DNA from: Flavobacteriales bacterium
Lineage (GTDB): Bacteria > Bacteroidota > Bacteroidia > Flavobacteriales_F > PHOS-HE28
DNA length: 63,272 nucleotides
Assembly: GCA_039933875.1 (NCBI GenBank)
Contig: JBDTNF010000140.1
Coordinates: 1-63,272 of the forward strand
Direction of reading: 5' to 3'
The position numbers were made by a program, and so were the translations under genes. Under the pieces are notes generated by a model. That model was not told where the DNA came from. It saw nothing but the letters and a program-made list of their open reading frames with translations, and did not search any database. Below, in pieces: positions 35,233 to 44,088 of this stretch. Numbering within the stretch: the first letter of the stretch is position 1; each line of letters starts with the position of its first letter.

Positions 35233-35918
35233 GTGAATGTGCGTGTTGTGGTCATGAGAATGCGGTCTACGAGCGCAGCTCGCCTGCGAGCTATCGTGGC
35301 GCGAATGCTCTGCTCACGAAGCGAAAGCTGATGCACCACCGCGATGAGCCGTTGCTGATCGAGAGGCGGAAGCGGCACACTGATGCCCTCGACCACCGGC
35401 TTGGTGATGTTGGGGATGTAGGTGCCGGCCATGTTCTGTTGAAGGTATTCCTGCACTGGCTTCTGGTTGATCCACCAAGCGAGGTAGTGCGGGTCCACCT
35501 TGGCGGGGTCGGGCCGAAGGACAAAGAAGGCCGAGGCGGCCACCGCTTTTTGGTCCATGTCGTAGACCACGGCGCGGTTGTTCGCGCCCTTGGCAACAAA
35601 GAGGACATCTCCTTTGGCCAGGAAGTGTTGGGGGCCGATATCTTTGCCTTGGACGCGAGCAATTCCCCCTTCATGAATACCGAAATGCGCCCCGTTGAGG
35701 TCCTTCATCTGGATTACAGCCACCGTTCCGGAGGCGTCGTTCACCACCCGCTCACGGAAGGAAAATCCAGACCGGACATGGCCTTCAATGATAACTGTGC
35801 GAATGGTATGCCTATCCATATGAATTACAGTAAAGACATTCTGAGCGTGCAAGTGTACAACAATTCTCAGAACTCGCATCGCGGGGTAGGATGAAAATAA
35901 TCTGTCAGCAAATTCCAC
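35229..35918 (-). CDS. single-TRD HsdS-like specificity protein (half-size S subunit)
   Basis: 229-aa ORF. One TRD (GDVLFVAKGANNRAVVYD...ASAFFVLRP) is followed by one conserved helix (LPPLDQQRLIAVVHQLSLREQSI...RAALVDRILM). An alternative ATG at 35819 would leave a 115-bp divergent promoter region. Confidence 0.65.
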   Translation of the reverse strand: MEFADRLFSSYPAMRVLRIVVHLHAQNVFTVIHMDRHTIRTVIIEGHVRSGFSFRERVVNDASGTVAVIQMKDLNGAHFGIHEGGIARVQGKDIGPQHFLAKGDVLFVAKGANNRAVVYDMDQKAVAASAFFVLRPDPAKVDPHYLAWWINQKPVQEYLQQNMAGTYIPNITKPVVEGISVPLPPLDQQRLIAVVHQLSLREQSIRATIARRRAALVDRILMTTTRTFT

Positions 35919-35934
35919 CTTCTACCTTCGCCGC

Positions 35935-36834
35935 GTGGGCCACGATCACCATCACGGAGAACACGGCCATACGCATGCCCCACGCACGGGCGCGCTGCGC
36001 CTCGCGTTCTTCGTCAACCTCGCCTTCACGCTGGTGGAGGCGGTCGGCGGCTGGTGGACAGGAAGCATCGCGGTGCTCACCGATGCGTTGCACGACGCGG
36101 GCGACTGCCTTGTGCTGGGTTTAGCCTGGTGGCTGCAGCATGTGGCGATGCGGGGTCGCGATGCCAACTATAGCTACGGCTATGGGCGGTACAGCATGCT
36201 CGGTGGCTGGCTGGCGTCCGTGGTGCTCATCGTGGGTGCGGTGGCGATGCTGGCATTCGCGGTACCCCGCCTTTGGCAACCCGTGCTGCCCAATGCCGAC
36301 CGCATGTTGGTCATCGCGGTGTTCGGGTTGGCGATGAACGGCTTTGCTGCATGGAAGCTCCACGGCGGCGCCTCCTTGAACGAGCGTGGTGCCTACCTGC
36401 ATCTGTTGGAGGATGTCCTGGGCTGGGCCGCCGTTTTGATCGGTGCGGTGGTGATCCACTTCACCGGATGGGCGGTGGTCGACCCGATCCTTAGCATCGC
36501 GATCAGCTCGTTCATCGCGTGGAACGCCATCGGGACTTTGCGCAAGGGCACCGGCATCCTTATGCAGGAAACGCCAAGGAGCATCGATCAACAGGAAGTA
36601 CGGACGCGTTTGCTCGCGCTCCCTGGCGTTATCGATCTGCACGACCAGCACACCTGGACGCTCGATGGCAGCTATGTGGTGCATACGGTCCACCTGGTTG
36701 TGAACGACAGTGATCCCCTGCATGCGCAAAGCATCAAGGCAGAGGCTCGCCATGCGTTGCATCACCTCGGCATCGACCATGCGACGATCGAATTGGAGGG
36801 GCCGAACGAACGGTGTGAACTCGAACACCACTGA
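35935..36834 (+). CDS. cation diffusion facilitator (CDF) family metal efflux transporter
   Basis: 299 aa. His-rich N-terminus MGHDHHHGEHGHTH, then LVEAVGGWWTGSIAVLTDALHDAGD (CDF TM2 signature), six hydrophobic segments and a C-terminal cytoplasmic domain. Confidence 0.85.
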   Translation: MGHDHHHGEHGHTHAPRTGALRLAFFVNLAFTLVEAVGGWWTGSIAVLTDALHDAGDCLVLGLAWWLQHVAMRGRDANYSYGYGRYSMLGGWLASVVLIVGAVAMLAFAVPRLWQPVLPNADRMLVIAVFGLAMNGFAAWKLHGGASLNERGAYLHLLEDVLGWAAVLIGAVVIHFTGWAVVDPILSIAISSFIAWNAIGTLRKGTGILMQETPRSIDQQEVRTRLLALPGVIDLHDQHTWTLDGSYVVHTVHLVVNDSDPLHAQSIKAEARHALHHLGIDHATIELEGPNERCELEHH

Positions 36835-36840
36835 CCGGGT

Positions 36841-36984
36841 ATGCGCAAACAACTCTTCCGCCAGCTGGCCCGCCTCAACAAGGCCCTCCTCCCCAAGCTG
36901 TGGCACAAGGACCTGCTGCGGTTGAGCAAAACACAGAAGCTCATAGTCGCCTGGCGGATCTGGGTGACGAAGAACGCATTGTGA
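36841..36984 (+). CDS. possible small basic protein (47 aa)
   Basis: Hand-translated ATG..TGA: MRKQLFRQLARLNKALLPKLWHKDLLRLSKTQKLIVAWRIWVTKNAL. It is below the track's length cut-off and starts 6 nt after the CDF stop. No family recognised. Confidence 0.25.
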   Translation: MRKQLFRQLARLNKALLPKLWHKDLLRLSKTQKLIVAWRIWVTKNAL

Positions 36985-37005
36985 CGGCAACTGGTCCATC
37001 ATGTT

Positions 37006-37047
37006 CCCCTCTCCGGCTTGCCCCGGGCTTGACCCGGGGGAGAGGGG
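37006..37047. other. nested GC-rich inverted repeat (terminator-like or REP-like element)
   Basis: The outer arms are cccctctcc (37006-37014) and ggagagggg (37039-47). The inner arms are ccccggg (37021-27) and cccgggg (37033-39). It lies between the CDF/small ORF and the CotH-like gene and has no U-tract. Confidence 0.35.
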
Positions 37048-37082
37048 TTAGGGGTGAGGGGGCATTCCTCTAATTTCGACCG

Positions 37083-39161
37083 GTGAAAGCGGCGGCCTTT
37101 CTTGTTCTCTTCTGCGGTCCGACGATCGCCAGCGCCCAGTCGGTGTTGGTGATCAATGAACTGCAAGCCGCCAACCACAGCACTTTTACCGACGCAGAGG
37201 GCCACACACCGGATTGGATCGAAGTGTACAACCCGGGTCGTTCACCGGTCGACATGCTCGGCATGCGTGTGGCGATCGCGGGCAGGCAACATGTGATCGA
37301 TGCGCCGCTCAACGTCCCCGTGAAAGGGCATGTGGTGTTGTGGTGCGATGCACATCCGGAGCGTGGTGTCGACCATCTCGGCTTCACGCTACCCCGCGAG
37401 GGTGGTACCGCCCTGCTGATCGCGGCTGACGCGACCACGGTCATGGACCTGTTCACCTGGCCCGCTTTGTCCAGCGACCTGAGCATGGGTCGCACACCGG
37501 ATGGTGCACGTACATGGAGCTTCTTCGAGGGACCCACACCCGGTAAGGCCAACGCGGCCGTGGTCCCTATCCACTCGCGCACGGCAATGCCGACTGCGGA
37601 TCACCCGAGTGGAGTGTTCGACGCACCGTTCGTAGTGATGCTGGGCGGCGAGGGCTCCGGTGAGATCCGATACACAACGGACGGGAGCGTTCCATCCATG
37701 GAGCGCGGCACTCGCTACGCAGGCCCCATTGCGATCGGCGCGAACACCGTACTGCGCGCCCGCGCGTTCACTTCTGGGACGCTCGCCAGTGCCGAATTCT
37801 GCGCGACGTACATCATCGGTGGCGGAACGCGCAATGGCATCGCGCTCGTCGTTGCTCCCGATGACCTGTGGAGTGATAGCACAGGGATCGATGTCGATGG
37901 GACCTACGCCAATCATTCGCGCAAGGGGATCGCCTGGGAACGACCCGCATCGATGTCCTTCCTCAACGACTCCGCCGGCAGCTTGGCGGTCGGCATGCGC
38001 ATCAGCGGGAGCGGTACGCGCGGCCTGGCCAAGCGTTCGTTCAAGATGTACGCACGTGATCAGTATGGGAGCAAGCAGGAAGGATTCCCTTTCGCGGATG
38101 GTGCGGTGTGCAGTGAAGGCCTCCTGCGCGCCGATGCGAGCCCGAGCGCCTTCCTGCGGAACGCATTGATGGAACTGCTTGTCGCGCGCTACTGCCTGAA
38201 CGTGGACATGCAACCTTCAATGCCACTGCAACTCTACTTGAACGCACAGTACTGGGGGCTGTATCGCTGGATGCCGCCAAAGGACGCGCAGTGGCTCAAG
38301 CACATCAGCGGCTCCGAAGCGGTGGATGTGCTCGAAGGTCCAGCGGCCACCATCCTGTCAGGAACCGACGACTCGTTCCTTGCCGCACAACGCGCACTGC
38401 TCACCGGTGCGCCGCTCGACAGCATCAACGCGCTGATCGAAACCCAAAGCCTGATCGACCTCGCCTGCATCGATCTCTTCACTGGTCGCGCGGACCACGA
38501 CCTGAACGTCCGGTGTTACCGGCCGCGTCAGCCCGGCGGTCGCTGGCGATGGGTGTTGTTCGACATGGACCTGTGGGCACCCGTCAGCGAGAACAGCCTC
38601 GAGCGCATGTGTTCGGCCTCTACACTTGAAACGCCCTACGTGCCGCAAATACTGGCGCATCCGGAACTCCAGCAAGACCTGCTCGCGCGTACGACGGCCT
38701 TGTTGGCGACCGCGTTCGAACCCGCGCATGCGTGCGCCCTCGCCGACAGCCTCTTCCGCGCTAATGAGCCGGAATTGCTCACTGATCATCAGCGGTGGAT
38801 GAACGCTTTGGACCGGCCGGATCCCATGACATCGGTCCATGAGCTCGATGCGTTCCTCAACGAACGACCCGCTATTCTTTTGCGCCATCTGAGCGAACGC
38901 ACAGGGAGGGCACTGCGGACGGTGACCATCAGCGTCCCCGCCGAGGAACAGGGACATGTGCTCCTCGAAGGACTTCAACTGCAGCCGGGTGAACACAAGC
39001 TGGGTTGCTTTCGCGGCGTCGAAATGAGGATCGAGTTCGTGCCCGTCGCAGGTTGGGAATTCGCCGGATGGAAAGGTCTCGACAGCAAGACAGCGATCAC
39101 CACGACCGAACTGGCACGCGCGAAGAGCGTTCGGCCGTTACTGAGGCCGGTCTCGCCCTGA
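37083..39161 (+). CDS. CotH-family protein with N-terminal lamin-tail-like domain
   Basis: GTG start with signal-like AAFLVLFCGPTIASAQ. SVLVINELQAAN...PDWIEVYNPG...DMLGMRV matches a lamin-tail domain pattern. GEIRYTTDGSVPS is a chitobiase/Fn3-associated segment. The remainder resembles CotH (YLNAQYWGLY...RWRWVLFDMDL). Confidence 0.65.
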   Translation: MKAAAFLVLFCGPTIASAQSVLVINELQAANHSTFTDAEGHTPDWIEVYNPGRSPVDMLGMRVAIAGRQHVIDAPLNVPVKGHVVLWCDAHPERGVDHLGFTLPREGGTALLIAADATTVMDLFTWPALSSDLSMGRTPDGARTWSFFEGPTPGKANAAVVPIHSRTAMPTADHPSGVFDAPFVVMLGGEGSGEIRYTTDGSVPSMERGTRYAGPIAIGANTVLRARAFTSGTLASAEFCATYIIGGGTRNGIALVVAPDDLWSDSTGIDVDGTYANHSRKGIAWERPASMSFLNDSAGSLAVGMRISGSGTRGLAKRSFKMYARDQYGSKQEGFPFADGAVCSEGLLRADASPSAFLRNALMELLVARYCLNVDMQPSMPLQLYLNAQYWGLYRWMPPKDAQWLKHISGSEAVDVLEGPAATILSGTDDSFLAAQRALLTGAPLDSINALIETQSLIDLACIDLFTGRADHDLNVRCYRPRQPGGRWRWVLFDMDLWAPVSENSLERMCSASTLETPYVPQILAHPELQQDLLARTTALLATAFEPAHACALADSLFRANEPELLTDHQRWMNALDRPDPMTSVHELDAFLNERPAILLRHLSERTGRALRTVTISVPAEEQGHVLLEGLQLQPGEHKLGCFRGVEMRIEFVPVAGWEFAGWKGLDSKTAITTTELARAKSVRPLLRPVSP

Positions 39162-39168
39162 TGCGCGA

Positions 39169-39858
39169 CTAGGCGAGTACTTCCTTCAGCAGCGAAGTGA
39201 ACAGCGACTTGCCATCGGTATTGCCCAGCCGTTCGTCGGCGGCGCGCTCCGGATGGGGCATCATGCCGAAGACATTGCGCGCTTTGTTGCACACGCCGGC
39301 GATGTTCTCCTTGCTCCCGTTCGGGTTGGCATGGTCAACGATGCGCCCTTCGGCGTCGCAATAGCGGAACAGCACCTGGTCGCCATCCTTCAACGCCTTC
39401 AGCGTCGCAGCATCGGCATGGTAGCGGCCTTCGCCATGCGCGATGGGGATCTTCAATGCCCGATCGGGCACCGCGTTCGTCAGCGCGGTCTTGCGTGTAC
39501 CGGACCGGATGAAGATGTTCTTGGAAATGAACTTCTGCCCTTCGTTGTGCAGCAGCGCACCGGGTACCAGGCCAGCTTCGCAAAGCACCTGGAACCCATT
39601 GCATACGCCGAACACAAGCCCGCCCTTCTTCGCGTGCGCGGCTACTTCCTGCATGATCGGTGAGAAGCGCGCGATGGCACCGCTGCGCAAATAGTCGCCG
39701 TAGGAGAACCCACCCGGCAACACCACCATATCGACACCTTTCAGGTCGTGCTCCTTGTGCCAGAGCCGCTCCACAGGCTGGCCCATGGTGGTCTCCAGCA
39801 CATAGACCATGTCCTCATCGCAGTTCGAGCCGGGGAAGGTGACAACGCCGAATTTCAT
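39169..39858 (-). CDS. purQ: phosphoribosylformylglycinamidine synthase, glutaminase subunit
   Basis: 229 aa. MKFGVVTFPGSNCDEDM..., LPGGFSYGDYLR, catalytic Cys in GVCNGFQVL, and C-terminal MMPHPER. Confidence 0.92.
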   Translation of the reverse strand: MKFGVVTFPGSNCDEDMVYVLETTMGQPVERLWHKEHDLKGVDMVVLPGGFSYGDYLRSGAIARFSPIMQEVAAHAKKGGLVFGVCNGFQVLCEAGLVPGALLHNEGQKFISKNIFIRSGTRKTALTNAVPDRALKIPIAHGEGRYHADAATLKALKDGDQVLFRYCDAEGRIVDHANPNGSKENIAGVCNKARNVFGMMPHPERAADERLGNTDGKSLFTSLLKEVLA

Positions 39859-39906
39859 GGTGCGAAGGTAGGCGGGAGAGTTTTCCGCTCCCCGGTCAGC
39901 GACCCG

Positions 39907-40887
39907 TCACCCCGCCCATTGCGCCCACAGCCCAAGGCCCAGCAGCGCGAACGCCGCCGTCTCACTGAGCCAGGCGCGGCGTGTGCCAAGCAGCCCATAA
40001 CCAGCGAACACCGCGAGCGGGGTGGCGAGAAGCACGGGAGGGAAGGCCTTGTTGAGCGCCCCTACCAGGATGATGAGCACGCCGAGCGCCACCACGAAGG
40101 CCAGGAACGAGGAACGCAGGTTCTTCTCCCGCATCACGCTGCGCTGGTAGCCCGCCCCGAAGATCACCGCCGCCACCAACAGCAGCGGAGCAAGAACCGC
40201 GTACAGGATCGCCCGCTGCGGCTCGATCGGCCCGGCCGAGGCCCGACCGGGTCCAGCGGTATGCGCGATGGTGTGCAACGGATGCCAGTGGTCGTGGCCC
40301 AGCAAGTGGAGCACCGCCCAAGCCATGTAGAAGACAACGGTGCAGCTCACGAACGGGACCACGTACTCGCGCCATTGGAACGGCCGGATGACCGAGGCCG
40401 AAGCCCAAACCACCACCACGAGAAAGGCGTAGGGCAGGTAGAACAGCGCGGCTAACCCGAGCAGCAGACCAGCGTCGAACAGGACCCCCAATGCGCCACC
40501 GGTGTTGGTCATGGACCACGTACGACGTAGCGCGAGGATCACCAGCGGCATGCCGGCCAGGGCGGGGTCGAAGGGCACGTGCCGGCTGAAGGCCGCGAAA
40601 AGCACCGGGAACAGGAAAGCGGGCAGGTGATTTCGCCGTTCCATGAGCTCGGTATCGTTCACGAGCAGGGTGAGTTGCACGGAAACGGCCATGATGAGCA
40701 CCATGCCGATCACCCCTTGTGTCCACGGGGCCCAGGCGAGCACGGCTTCCAACATCCCGGTCAGTGGCATGGCCGGAGAAGCTGCTGCGTACGGCACCAA
40801 CAGGGTCGGCCCGAAGAGCAGGGGCACCAACACCAGGAGCGCAAGGAGCACACCGGGTTGGTTACTGCGGAACAGGCCTGCGAGCAT
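39907..40887 (-). CDS. polytopic membrane protein, function unknown
   Basis: 326-aa ORF that is almost entirely hydrophobic segments. The N-terminus is MLAGLFRSNQPGVLLALLVL. Confidence 0.65.
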   Translation of the reverse strand: MLAGLFRSNQPGVLLALLVLVPLLFGPTLLVPYAAASPAMPLTGMLEAVLAWAPWTQGVIGMVLIMAVSVQLTLLVNDTELMERRNHLPAFLFPVLFAAFSRHVPFDPALAGMPLVILALRRTWSMTNTGGALGVLFDAGLLLGLAALFYLPYAFLVVVVWASASVIRPFQWREYVVPFVSCTVVFYMAWAVLHLLGHDHWHPLHTIAHTAGPGRASAGPIEPQRAILYAVLAPLLLVAAVIFGAGYQRSVMREKNLRSSFLAFVVALGVLIILVGALNKAFPPVLLATPLAVFAGYGLLGTRRAWLSETAAFALLGLGLWAQWAG

Positions 40888-40938
40888 GGTCAGGTCAGAA
40901 GGGCGACGCTATATTTGCGCGGCCCAAGCTTACACACG

Positions 40939-41118
40939 ATGCAACAGATCGCCTTCGCCATCGGACATTTCCTCGAAATGTGTCTCAGCCTATTGGCCAA
41001 GCTGGGTTGGTTGCCGGTCGCGCTGTTCACGGTGACCATGTTCCTCGGTTTCGTGTACTGGCTGAACCTGCAGGGTCGGTACAACCGCCGGGCAAAGGAG
41101 AACAATACCCTGGCCTAG
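40939..41118 (+). CDS. small membrane protein (59 aa)
   Basis: The ATG at 40939 gives MQQIAFAIGHFLEMCLSLLAKLGWLPVALFTVTMFLGFVYWLNLQGRYNRRAKENNTLA. The upstream part of track ORF 40579..41118 is antisense to the membrane-protein gene. Confidence 0.45.
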   Translation: MQQIAFAIGHFLEMCLSLLAKLGWLPVALFTVTMFLGFVYWLNLQGRYNRRAKENNTLA

Positions 41119-41128
41119 GTCTTTCCGA

Positions 41129-42448
41129 TCAGGCCTGTTGCGGAGCGCTCGCCTTGGGTGTTGCGGGCTGTTTCACCAGGTCGTGGCCGATATCGCTCCG
41201 GACGTACTTTCCATCGAACGCGATAAGCCCCACCGAACGGTAGGCCGATGCGATCGCGGACTCCAGGTCCTTGCCCATCCCGGTAACGGAGAGGATCCGG
41301 CCTCCGTTCGTTACCAACCGATCAGCCTTGAGCGCAGTGCCCGCCTGGAACACGTAAGCCTCACGGACAAGTTCAAGCCCCACCACGGCTTTGCCTTTCT
41401 CGAATTCACCGGGATAACCCTCCGCGGCGAGCACCACGGAAACCGCCGTGCGATCGTCCACGTCAACGTGCCGTTCGCTGAGGGTGCCTGTCGCGATGCC
41501 CTCGAACAGATCGAGCAGGTCGCTGCGCAAGCGCGGTAGCACGGCCTGCGTTTCCGGGTCGCCCATACGCACGTTGTACTCGATCACATACGGCTCGTTG
41601 TTCATCACCATCAGGCCCATGAAGAGGAACCCGCTGTAGGCGATGCCATCCTTGCGCAGTCCACGGATGGTGGGTGCGGCGATGCGATCGTGCACCTTCT
41701 GCATCAGGTCCTTGTCGGCAAAGGGTACCGGTGATACAGCACCCATACCACCTGTGTTGGGACCCGTATCGCCAGCGCCGATGCGCTTGTAGTCCTTGGC
41801 CGCAGGCAGCATTTTGAACGATTCGCCATCGGTGATCAGGAAGGCCGAGAGTTCGACACCGCTCAGGAACTGCTCGATCACCACACGCTCACCCGCAGTG
41901 CCGAAGCTGCTGCCATCGAGCATGCCCTTGATCACTTTCGCCGCGTGCTTCTTGTCGGAAGTGATCACCACACCCTTGCCACTGGCCAGGCCATCGGCCT
42001 TGATCACGTAGGGTGCGGTGGCGCGATCGAGGTGTTCGATCGCTTCGTTCAGCTGGCCCTTGACGAACGTGCGGTGTGCTGCGGTGGGGATGTTGTGACG
42101 GAACATGAACTCCTTGGCGAAGTCCTTGCTGCCCTCCAGTTGCGCACCTTCTTTTCGCGGGCCGATCACGGTGACCTTGTCCTTCAGTTCGGGGTCCGCA
42201 GCGATGCGGTCGTGCAGGCCATCCACCAACGGGGCTTCGGGGCCAACGACCACGATGCGGATCCGCTTCTCGAGGATAAAGGCACGCAGCTTCTTCTGAT
42301 CGCGCAGGTCCAGATCGACGTTGCGGCCATGCCGCACGGTCCCCGGATTACCAGGGGTCACGTACAACTCATCCAGCAATGTGCTCTGCGCGATCTTCCA
42401 CGCCATGGCGTGTTCCCTTCCTCCCCCGCCGATCAGCAATACGTTCAT
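41129..42448 (-). CDS. purD: phosphoribosylamine-glycine ligase
   Basis: The ATG at 42448 gives MNVLLIGGGGREHAMAWKIAQS; the track ORF extends to 42520. The remainder is the ATP-grasp fold of GARS. Confidence 0.92.
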   Translation of the reverse strand: MNVLLIGGGGREHAMAWKIAQSTLLDELYVTPGNPGTVRHGRNVDLDLRDQKKLRAFILEKRIRIVVVGPEAPLVDGLHDRIAADPELKDKVTVIGPRKEGAQLEGSKDFAKEFMFRHNIPTAAHRTFVKGQLNEAIEHLDRATAPYVIKADGLASGKGVVITSDKKHAAKVIKGMLDGSSFGTAGERVVIEQFLSGVELSAFLITDGESFKMLPAAKDYKRIGAGDTGPNTGGMGAVSPVPFADKDLMQKVHDRIAAPTIRGLRKDGIAYSGFLFMGLMVMNNEPYVIEYNVRMGDPETQAVLPRLRSDLLDLFEGIATGTLSERHVDVDDRTAVSVVLAAEGYPGEFEKGKAVVGLELVREAYVFQAGTALKADRLVTNGGRILSVTGMGKDLESAIASAYRSVGLIAFDGKYVRSDIGHDLVKQPATPKASAPQQA

Positions 42449-42563
42449 GCGAGTTCCCTTTCGTGCAAAGGAACAGTGATGCTCCGCAGCACCGAATTGT
42501 TTTTTCCAACAATTGAACAACCCCGCACCGCTCGCGGGTCGGGCTGCTCGTTCTGTCGATCGT

Positions 42564-43196
42564 TCAGTCCTTATGCGGCACCCGTTTGATGCTGCATCCG
42601 ATGTTGCGCGTCACCGCCGGCTCGATGGGCTTGCCCTCCACCAGGTTGGTGATCGCGTTATGCAGCCAGGGCTCCTTCACCCCTGCCGCACTCCCCACGC
42701 TATCATCAATGGCACCTTTGTAAACGAGCTTCCCTTTCGCGTCGAACAGGAACACATGGGGCGTGGTGCGCGCACCGAACGCATCGGCGACCACATGTCC
42801 GGCATCCAGCAGGTAGGCTCCACTGTATTTCTTCTCCTTGTAGTGTTGTTGCATATCGGCGAAGCCGTCACCCTCACCACGCTTTGCTTCGTTGCTGTTC
42901 ACCAAGGCCATGGGCACTCCCATGCGCTGGCTGAAGGCGGCCAATTCCGGGTAGCGACCCTCCCATCCTTCGCTGCCTTCGGAGCCGATCACGAACGGAC
43001 AGGTATTGCAGGAGAACACCACGAGCAGGCCGCTTCTTCCCATCAACTCCTTCAGCGAAACTTCCTTGGTCGTTACATCCTTCATCTTCTGATCCGGCAT
43101 CGGCAGTGCATCACCGATATTCATGTCAGGAAGTGTACCGTGCGGTGCAACGGCGAGCAACGCCATCGCGGCGAGTGAAGCGATCTTGATGAGCAT
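42564..43196 (-). CDS. thioredoxin-fold (redoxin/TlpA-like) protein
   Basis: 210 aa with a signal peptide (MLIKIASLAAMALLAVAP). It has a CxxC-type motif in VVFSCNTCPFV and a thioredoxin-like length. Confidence 0.65.
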   Translation of the reverse strand: MLIKIASLAAMALLAVAPHGTLPDMNIGDALPMPDQKMKDVTTKEVSLKELMGRSGLLVVFSCNTCPFVIGSEGSEGWEGRYPELAAFSQRMGVPMALVNSNEAKRGEGDGFADMQQHYKEKKYSGAYLLDAGHVVADAFGARTTPHVFLFDAKGKLVYKGAIDDSVGSAAGVKEPWLHNAITNLVEGKPIEPAVTRNIGCSIKRVPHKD

Positions 43197-43302
43197 GGTC
43201 GGTCGATCAGGTTTTAGAGGGGAACGAAGTTAACAAGGACATCAGGCCACACATGCGATCTTGTGACGCGATGTTGCGACCGAACACGGAACCCAACGGG
43301 CG

Positions 43303-44064
43303 ATGCAAGAGCTGCTGATCGTACTGATCGCACTGGGCGCCTCACTGCTGACGTTGATCAGTGGGTTCGGGTTGGGCACGCTGCTGCTACCGGTCTTCGC
43401 CCTCTTCTTCCCGTTGGAACTGGCGGTGTCCATGACGGCCGTCGTTCATCTGCTGAACAACCTGTTCAAGGGCGCCTTGCTATGGCGCGCTGTCGATGTG
43501 CCTGTGCTTCTCCGGTTCGGTCTGCCAGGCATGGTCGGTGCGTGGCTCGGCGCTTCGTTGTTCACCCACATCCAGGACCTGCCTTATCTATACCCGGGCA
43601 TACGCGAACCCGTCGGTGTCGGACAAGTGGTGATCGGCGCGCTGATGCTGGTGTTCGCCGTGGTTGAATTGCTCCCGGGTGCGGCGAAATGGTCGCTCTC
43701 GCAGCGCTTCCTGGTACCCGGCGGGTTGCTAAGCGGTTTCCTTGGGGGGCTCAGTGGCCATCAAGGTGCGTTGCGCAGCATCTTCCTGTTGCGCAGCGGC
43801 CTCGGCAAGGAAGCGTACATCGCCACGGGGGTGGCCATCGCCTGTCTGGTCGACCTTACCCGCATACCCGTTTACCTGCGGAACATGCCCCAAGGGCTGT
43901 TGGGCGAACGTTGGCCTCTCTTGATCGCCACCACATTGGCGGCGTTCCTGGGTGCCTGGCTGGGCAAGCGGCTGATCCCCAAGATCACCTTGCGCGGGGT
44001 GCAACTGGTCGTCGGTGCACTGATGCTCGCGATCGCCTCGGCACTGCTTGCCGGGCTCATCTGA
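43303..44064 (+). CDS. TauE/SafE-family anion exporter membrane protein
   Basis: 253 aa, about 8 TM segments, with an internally duplicated motif (LISGFGLGTLLLPVF / LLSGFLGGLSGHQGALRS). Confidence 0.7.
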   Translation: MQELLIVLIALGASLLTLISGFGLGTLLLPVFALFFPLELAVSMTAVVHLLNNLFKGALLWRAVDVPVLLRFGLPGMVGAWLGASLFTHIQDLPYLYPGIREPVGVGQVVIGALMLVFAVVELLPGAAKWSLSQRFLVPGGLLSGFLGGLSGHQGALRSIFLLRSGLGKEAYIATGVAIACLVDLTRIPVYLRNMPQGLLGERWPLLIATTLAAFLGAWLGKRLIPKITLRGVQLVVGALMLAIASALLAGLI

Positions 44065-44088
44065 TCGACCGGTCCGATAACCTTGCGG

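Noticed and set aside
23051-35918. The defence operon might be called a mobile genetic element or genomic island with defined ends.
   Set aside because: - I saw no integrase, transposase, tRNA or flanking direct repeats by eye.
- Only a compositional impression and the adjacent repeat array hint at horizontal origin.
36121-37002. A 293-aa minus-strand ORF lies opposite the CDF transporter. Similar antisense ORFs are 37389..38213, 39748..40455, 45745..46581, 46663..47367, 49454..50176, 50488..51300, 52371..53384, 59197..60330 and 60480..61412.
   Set aside because: - Each lies entirely or largely antisense to a gene with a clear family signature.
- Their composition (Arg, His, Gly and Pro-rich) is typical of spurious frames in high-GC DNA.
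42495-42514. An AT-rich hairpin (aattgtt-ttttcc-aacaatt) between the redoxin gene and purD might be a terminator.
   Set aside because: - The stem is only 7 bp and AT-rich.
- No U-tract follows it on the minus (transcribed) strand.
- It lies within the extended track ORF of purD, so the support is too weak to call.
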